32,000 bases of DNA from Archaeoglobus fulgidus DSM 4304 (GTDB lineage: Archaea > Halobacteriota > Archaeoglobi > Archaeoglobales > Archaeoglobaceae): assembly GCF_000008665.1 (NCBI RefSeq), contig NC_000917.1, positions 1,980,001 through 2,012,000 on the forward strand. Reading direction: 5' to 3'. Below the pieces are notes generated by a model. The model ran no database searches. It was not told the DNA's origin and worked only from the letters and a program-made list of their open reading frames with translations. Below, in pieces: positions 26,987 to 32,000 of this stretch. Within the stretch, counting starts at the first letter, position 1; every line of letters starts with the position of its first letter. The position numbers and the translations under genes are program-made.

Positions 26987-28231
26987 TTAGATATACGGGT
27001 TCTCGATGATGGTGGCTCCACCCTGTCCGCCTGCACCACAGAGCGTGGCACAGCCGTACTTGGCCTCCTGAACGAGGAGGATTCTTGCGAGGGTGCCGAG
27101 AACTCTTCCACCGCTCGCTCCGAGCGGGTGGCCTATGGCAATTGCTCCTCCCTTGATGTTCACCCTCTCGGGGTCGAGGCCGAGCTTCTTTATGGTGTAG
27201 AGCGGAACAACAGAAAAGGCCTCGTTTATCTCCCAGTAGTCTATGTCCTTCGCCTCAAGCCCAGCCTTCTGCAATGCCTTCAGGCTTGCGGGAACGGGGC
27301 TTGCGCCCATGATGCTCGGGTCGATTGAAGCCCAGCCCATTGAAACGATTTTTGCCATCGGCTCAAGGCCATATTCCTTCATCTTCTTCTTGCTCATCAG
27401 CATAAGTGCTGTAGCACCTGCATTGAGCGGAGAGGAGTTTCCGGCAGTGATAACACCTCCCGGCTTGAAGGCTGGTGGGAGCTTCTCCACCTGCTCAAGC
27501 GTTGTGTCAGGCCTTATTGACTGGTCAACGTCTATGACCTTCTTGCTTCCGTCTGCCTGCTCCACCTCAATGGGGAGAATCTCTCCCTTCCACTTCATCG
27601 GGTAGCCCTCTCCCTCAAGGAACCAGCCCTCTTTGACTGCCTGAGCTGCAAGCTTGTGGCTCCTGACACCCCACTCATCCAGATCTCTCTTCGTCCATCC
27701 CATCTCGTCCTTCGCAACCTCGAAGAGCTTCTCCGCTGTGAGACCCATGCTCATGGCCGTCATTAAATCATATTTCTGAATCAAATCCGTGCGGGACATC
27801 AGAGTGGGTGAGATGCCGATGTGCGGGTTGAGGTCCATCTGCATTGGCAAGTGGGTCATGTGCTCGAAACCGCATGCAATTACGATGTCAGAGTAGCCGA
27901 GCATGATTTCCATTGTTCCGTGGTGAACTGCTGTCGTTGAGGAGTTGCAGACCCTCTCAACGCCGTGCGCAGGAACTTCTACGGGCAGTTCAGCGAGAAG
28001 AGGGACAACCTTACCGCCGTAAAGCCAGTTCTCCTTCATCTGCATTGTGCATCCTGTGATGACGTCGCCAATCTCCTTTGGATCGATGCCCGTCCTGTTC
28101 ACCATCTCCTTTATCAGCATCGCAGCCACTGCAGGCATGTCTATTTTGTTGAAAACGTCCTTCTCCGGCTGCTTTGGCCTGCTCCTCGAGAATGCAGACC
28201 TCAGAAAATCAACTATATATACTTCCTCCAT
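26987..28231 (-). CDS. acetyl-CoA C-acyltransferase (thiolase)
   Basis: The translation has thiolase blocks (VCNSSTTAV nucleophile region, NEAFSVV, GGAIAIGHPLGASG, CGAGGQGGA). The ATG at 28231 has GGGTGAT 5 nt upstream and is preferred over the TTG at 28246. Confidence 0.88.
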   Translation of the reverse strand: MEEVYIVDFLRSAFSRSRPKQPEKDVFNKIDMPAVAAMLIKEMVNRTGIDPKEIGDVITGCTMQMKENWLYGGKVVPLLAELPVEVPAHGVERVCNSSTTAVHHGTMEIMLGYSDIVIACGFEHMTHLPMQMDLNPHIGISPTLMSRTDLIQKYDLMTAMSMGLTAEKLFEVAKDEMGWTKRDLDEWGVRSHKLAAQAVKEGWFLEGEGYPMKWKGEILPIEVEQADGSKKVIDVDQSIRPDTTLEQVEKLPPAFKPGGVITAGNSSPLNAGATALMLMSKKKMKEYGLEPMAKIVSMGWASIDPSIMGASPVPASLKALQKAGLEAKDIDYWEINEAFSVVPLYTIKKLGLDPERVNIKGGAIAIGHPLGASGGRVLGTLARILLVQEAKYGCATLCGAGGQGGATIIENPYI

Positions 28232-28269
28232 TCTATCACCCTGCAAACGTTTTTCAAATAATAAAAAAT

Positions 28270-29463
28270 TTACTGTAGAGGATGTTTCCTCACAACTCCG
28301 AGTCTTGAGGGTATCTTTCCGAGCAGCGACCTGGCAATAACTTCCATCTCTATTTCCCTTGTACCCTCGTAGATCTCCAGAATTCTAACGTCCCTGTACA
28401 TCCTGCTTATGTGCTGCTCTCCCATAAATCCGTAACCTCCGTGTATCTGCAAAGCCTCATTAACAATGAACTGCGCGGCCTTGGCCGTGTAGTACTTCGC
28501 CATCGCCGTCAATCCCGGATCTGGCATCCCCATCTTGTCCTGGAAGTAGGCAGCCTGATATGCCAGTAAGCGGGCAGCCTCAAGCTCCGTCCTCATCTTC
28601 GCAAGCTTCTCCTGCGTAACCTGGAAGTCTGCAAGCTTCCTCTCGAAAACCTCCCTGTTTCTGGCGTAGTGGTACGCAAGCTCAAATGCCCCCTGAGCCA
28701 GCCCAAGAGCCTGGAACGCAACAGGGATTCTTGTGATGTTGAAGAACATCATCGTCTGGTAGAATCCCTGCCCCTCCTGACCGATGAGGTTTTCCTTCGG
28801 CACTCTGACGTTCTTGAAGACGACCTCGGCCGTATCGCTCGCCCTAATACCAAGCTTGTTCTTCAGCTTGTTCGCCTGCACACCTGGCATGTCCCTCTCG
28901 ACCAAGAACACCGACATGCCATGATGTCTCTTCGGCGGATTTGGATCAGTTCTCGCCAGAACTATGTAGTAGTCTGCAATGCTGCCGTTTGTGATGAACA
29001 TCTTCGTTCCGTTGATTACGTACTCATCTCCATCCTTGTCAGCCCTTGTTTTAATTCCCGCAACATCGCTCCCCGCCTGAGGTTCTGTGTAGCAGGCGGC
29101 GCAGATTTTCTCTCCCTTTGCGAGCGGTGGCAGGTACTTCTTCTTCTGCTCCTCGTTGCCGAAGGCTATGATCTGCTCTGAGCCGAATGTTGTGGCGAGA
29201 ATCATTCCAAGCCCGCCGTCAACCCTCCAGAACTCCTCGACAACGAGGCAGGAGTCCAGCACTCCTAAGCCCTGCCCTCCGTACTGCTCTGGAATCGCCA
29301 TTCCGATGAATCCGAGCTGGGCAGCCTTCTTCCAAAGCTCAAAGGGGAACTTCTCCTCCCTGTCGCACTCTTCAACGTAATTTGGAAACTCCTTCTCCGC
29401 GAACTCTCTTGCTGCCTCCTTAATTGCCTTCTGGTCTTCCGTCAGGATGAAATCCGCGAGCAT
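28270..29463 (-). CDS. acyl-CoA dehydrogenase
   Basis: The translation has ACAD blocks (CYTEPQAGSD, KMFITNG, QIHGGYGF, and YEGTREI with the catalytic Glu). The ATG at 29463 is preceded by GAGGTGGT and is preferred over the ATG at 29478. Confidence 0.9.
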   Translation of the reverse strand: MLADFILTEDQKAIKEAAREFAEKEFPNYVEECDREEKFPFELWKKAAQLGFIGMAIPEQYGGQGLGVLDSCLVVEEFWRVDGGLGMILATTFGSEQIIAFGNEEQKKKYLPPLAKGEKICAACYTEPQAGSDVAGIKTRADKDGDEYVINGTKMFITNGSIADYYIVLARTDPNPPKRHHGMSVFLVERDMPGVQANKLKNKLGIRASDTAEVVFKNVRVPKENLIGQEGQGFYQTMMFFNITRIPVAFQALGLAQGAFELAYHYARNREVFERKLADFQVTQEKLAKMRTELEAARLLAYQAAYFQDKMGMPDPGLTAMAKYYTAKAAQFIVNEALQIHGGYGFMGEQHISRMYRDVRILEIYEGTREIEMEVIARSLLGKIPSRLGVVRKHPLQ

Positions 29464-29611
29464 TTTTAACCACCTCATGCAGGCTCTTTTTGTGATTATT
29501 TAAATTTTGCCAAGTTAAACAATTGAAAAAGGATTTAAATAGAACACAATTGTAGTTATATATCATGAGTTTAACGAGGAGCAATTTTTAATGCACCGTT
29601 GAAAACTTGAA

Positions 29612-31689
29612 GTGGTGAAGGTGGAGGAGCTTGCTGAAAGCATCTCAAGTTATGCTGTTGGCATTTTAAAGGAGGAGGGTATAGAAGAGCTGTTTCCGCC
29701 TCAGGCTGAGGCGGTGGAGAAGGTCTTTTCCGGCAAAAATCTGCTCCTCGCAATGCCCACAGCGGCGGGTAAAACCCTCCTCGCCGAGATGGCGATGGTC
29801 AGAGAGGCCATAAAAGGTGGAAAGAGTCTCTACGTTGTTCCTCTGAGGGCTCTTGCGGGGGAGAAGTACGAAAGCTTCAAGAAGTGGGAGAAGATTGGTT
29901 TGAGGATAGGCATATCGACAGGCGATTACGAGTCGAGGGACGAGCACCTTGGGGATTGTGACATTATAGTAACAACAAGCGAGAAAGCTGACTCTCTGAT
30001 CAGAAACAGAGCAAGCTGGATTAAAGCTGTTAGCTGCCTTGTCGTTGACGAAATACACCTACTCGATTCCGAGAAGAGAGGAGCCACCCTGGAAATTCTC
30101 GTGACTAAAATGAGAAGAATGAATAAGGCGCTGAGGGTTATAGGGCTCTCCGCAACGGCTCCAAATGTCACCGAGATTGCAGAGTGGCTAGATGCAGACT
30201 ACTACGTGAGCGACTGGAGGCCTGTGCCGCTGGTGGAGGGAGTGCTCTGCGAGGGCACTCTGGAGCTCTTCGACGGTGCATTCTCGACCTCAAGGAGGGT
30301 AAAGTTCGAAGAGCTCGTTGAAGAGTGCGTTGCTGAGAATGGGGGTGTTCTTGTTTTCGAATCAACGAGGAGAGGGGCGGAGAAGACGGCAGTTAAGCTC
30401 TCAGCAATTACGGCAAAGTATGTTGAAAATGAAGGCTTGGAGAAGGCGATACTCGAGGAGAATGAGGGTGAGATGAGCAGAAAACTGGCAGAATGCGTTA
30501 GGAAAGGGGCGGCCTTTCACCATGCTGGCCTGCTGAACGGGCAGAGAAGGGTTGTTGAGGATGCTTTCAGAAGGGGGAATATCAAGGTTGTCGTTGCCAC
30601 TCCAACTCTGGCAGCGGGCGTCAACCTTCCAGCCAGAAGGGTGATAGTGAGAAGTCTTTACCGATTCGACGGATACTCGAAGAGAATTAAGGTTTCCGAA
30701 TACAAGCAGATGGCTGGGAGAGCCGGCAGGCCGGGAATGGATGAGAGAGGAGAGGCGATTATCATTGTCGGGAAGAGGGACAGAGAGATTGCTGTGAAAA
30801 GGTATATTTTTGGAGAGCCTGAGAGGATAACCTCGAAGCTCGGAGTTGAGACTCACCTTAGGTTTCACAGCCTGTCCATAATCTGCGATGGCTACGCAAA
30901 AACTCTGGAAGAGCTCGAGGACTTTTTCGCTGACACGTTCTTCTTCAAGCAAAACGAAATATCCCTCAGCTACGAGCTTGAGAGAGTTGTCAGACAGCTT
31001 GAGAACTGGGGGATGGTTGTTGAGGATCACCATCTTGCTCCAACGAAGCTAGGCTCGCTTGTTTCGAGGCTCTACATCGACCCGCTGACGGGCTTCATTT
31101 TCCACGACGTTCTCAGCAGGATGGAGCTCTCCGATATCGGTGCCCTGCACTCATCTGCAGAACTCCGGACATGGAGAGGCTGACTGTTAGAAAGACAGAC
31201 TCGTGGGTTGAGGAGGAAGCCTTCAGGCTTCGAAAGGAGCTAAGCTACTACCCATCCGATTTTTCTGTTGAGTACGACTGGTTTTTGTCTGAAGTCAAGA
31301 CGGCTCTCTGCCTGAAGGACTGGATTGAGGAAAAAGATGAGGACGAAATATGCGCTAAGTACGGCATCGCTCCCGGTGATTTGAGGAGGATAGTTGAGAC
31401 TGCGGAATGGCTGAGCAATGCGATGAACAGAATAGCGGAGGAGGTGGGAAACACGAGTGTCAGCGGGCTTACGGAGAGGATAAAGCATGGAGTCAAGGAG
31501 GAGCTGCTTGAGCTGGTGAGAATAAGGCACATCGGGAGGGTTAGGGCGAGAAAGCTTTACAACGCGGGGATCAGAAATGCTGAGGACATTGTGAGGCACA
31601 GGGAAAAGGTTGCATCGCTGATTGGGAGGGGCATAGCAGAGAGGGTTGTAGAGGGCATTAGCGTTAAGTCTTTAAACCCGGAGTCATGA
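29612..31689 (+). pseudogene. hel308: Hel308 (Ski2-like SF2 DNA helicase) interrupted by a 1-nt deletion near 31150/31151; fragments 29612-31183 and 31171-31689
   Basis: The first fragment carries motif I (AMPTAAGKT), DEIH, SAT and [10 protein letters not shown]. After GALH the frame runs into a stop within 11 codons. The next frame reads (L)[10 protein letters not shown]... through to the HhH C-terminal domain. Inserting one C (cac-ctc) restores a single 691-codon ORF from the GTG at 29615. Confidence 0.85.
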
Positions 31690-31701
31690 TGCAATCATGC
31701 A

Positions 31702-31775
31702 GGGCCGGTAGCTTAGCCAGGCAGAGCGCGGGACTCTTAATCCCGCAGTCGGGGGTTCAAATCCCTCCCGGCCCG
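31702..31775 (+). tRNA. tRNA-Lys (anticodon CUU)
   Basis: The hand-folded cloverleaf has acceptor GGGCCGG/CCGGCCC, D stem GCTT/GAGC, and anticodon stem CGGGA/TCCCG with loop CTCTTAA. The T arm is GGGGG-TTCAAAT-CCCTC and the discriminator is G. Total length is 74 nt. Confidence 0.9.
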
Positions 31776-31902
31776 CTGTTTGTGAGCAGGGAAAGCTCGC
31801 TCTTTTCATAGAAACTCTAAAACACTCCTTGGCGGATTAGTGTAGGCTTTCCTCTTCTTTCAACTTTTAGAACTGTTTTGGTTGGTTTATCAAGAAAGTA
31901 AA

Positions 31903-32000
31903 TCATTCTGAAATCCCCAATGCGATAAAGTTCTCCTCGCCTTCAATCTTTTTAACATCGAGGAATTGGATTCGTTTTGAGCGTTTCAAGAAGTTCACCA
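31903..32000 (-). CDS. 3' end of an unidentified ORF running off the window (...VNFLKRSKRIQFLDVKKIEGEENFIALGISE*)
   Basis: I translated this open frame by hand; it reaches the window edge and has its stop at 31903-31905. It lies in lower-GC DNA after tRNA-Lys. Only 32 codons are visible. Confidence 0.25.
   Translation of the reverse strand, partial: VNFLKRSKRIQFLDVKKIEGEENFIALGISE

Noticed and set aside
29479-29611. Two ATTTAAAT palindromes and duplicated ACAATTG motifs between the acyl-CoA dehydrogenase and Hel308 genes, considered as a possible regulator binding site.
   Set aside because: They are most simply explained as the two TATA boxes of divergent promoters in an AT-rich spacer. There is too little evidence to call an operator.
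30401-31033. A 210-aa minus-strand ORF inside the Hel308 gene.
   Set aside because: It is antisense to helicase motifs IV-VI, which are clearly conserved on the plus strand. No family resemblance was found.
31139-31185. Programmed ribosomal frameshifting as the explanation for the Hel308 frame break.
   Set aside because: I saw no slippery heptamer and no downstream stimulatory structure. The lesion is a simple loss of one C in a CC pair, and the intact enzyme as I recall it is a single polypeptide. A mutation or sequencing error is more parsimonious.
1-32000. A search for CRISPR arrays, rRNA genes or large tandem or dispersed repeats.
   Set aside because: No regularly spaced direct repeats of 24-40 nt and no rRNA-like sequence were seen. 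The only repeats found are the 10-nt tandem at 381-400, the IS inverted repeats and the 8-bp target duplication.

Overview
This window looks like chromosome from a hyperthermophilic sulfate-reducing euryarchaeon, most likely Archaeoglobus fulgidus or a very close relative. That call rests on my recognition of the proteins (DsrC with the PKPTGCV tail, thermosome, Hel308, archaeal ValRS) and on an IS that matches ISA1214 in size and content. No database was searched. Coding density is very high, with frequent 4-nt ATGA overlaps, convergent gene-end overlaps and AT-rich TATA-type promoters.

Contents from left to right:
- An AT-rich edge carrying a small membrane ORF.
- A six-gene minus-strand methylmalonyl-CoA operon: split mutase, epimerase, carboxyltransferase, biotin carrier, and a 41-aa ORF missing from the ORF track.
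- An accessory patch: a truncated flavoprotein disulfide oxidoreductase, a strongly AT-rich orphan 340-aa gene, and a complete IS with an 8-bp target duplication.
- valS, a FAH-family hydrolase, a THUMP-SPOUT fusion, an NrpR-like regulator, tRNA-Pro(GGG), dsrC and cbiA.
- A UPF0104 membrane protein.
- A Fur-family regulator divergent from a tightly coupled katG / Cys-rich DUF2769-like / DUF362 lipoprotein trio.
- An ITPase, a thermosome subunit, a CorA-like protein with a degenerate pore motif, a 63-aa half-ferritin, a cyclophilin-like protein and purB.
- A thiolase and an acyl-CoA dehydrogenase.
- A Hel308 helicase broken by a single-nucleotide frameshift.
- tRNA-Lys(CUU), followed by a lower-GC segment.

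I saw no rRNA and no CRISPR array. The best candidates for undescribed biology are the orphan 340-aa gene beside the IS, the Fur-like/katG/DUF2769/DUF362 module, and the degenerate CorA-like and half-ferritin genes. None can be assigned a function from sequence alone.
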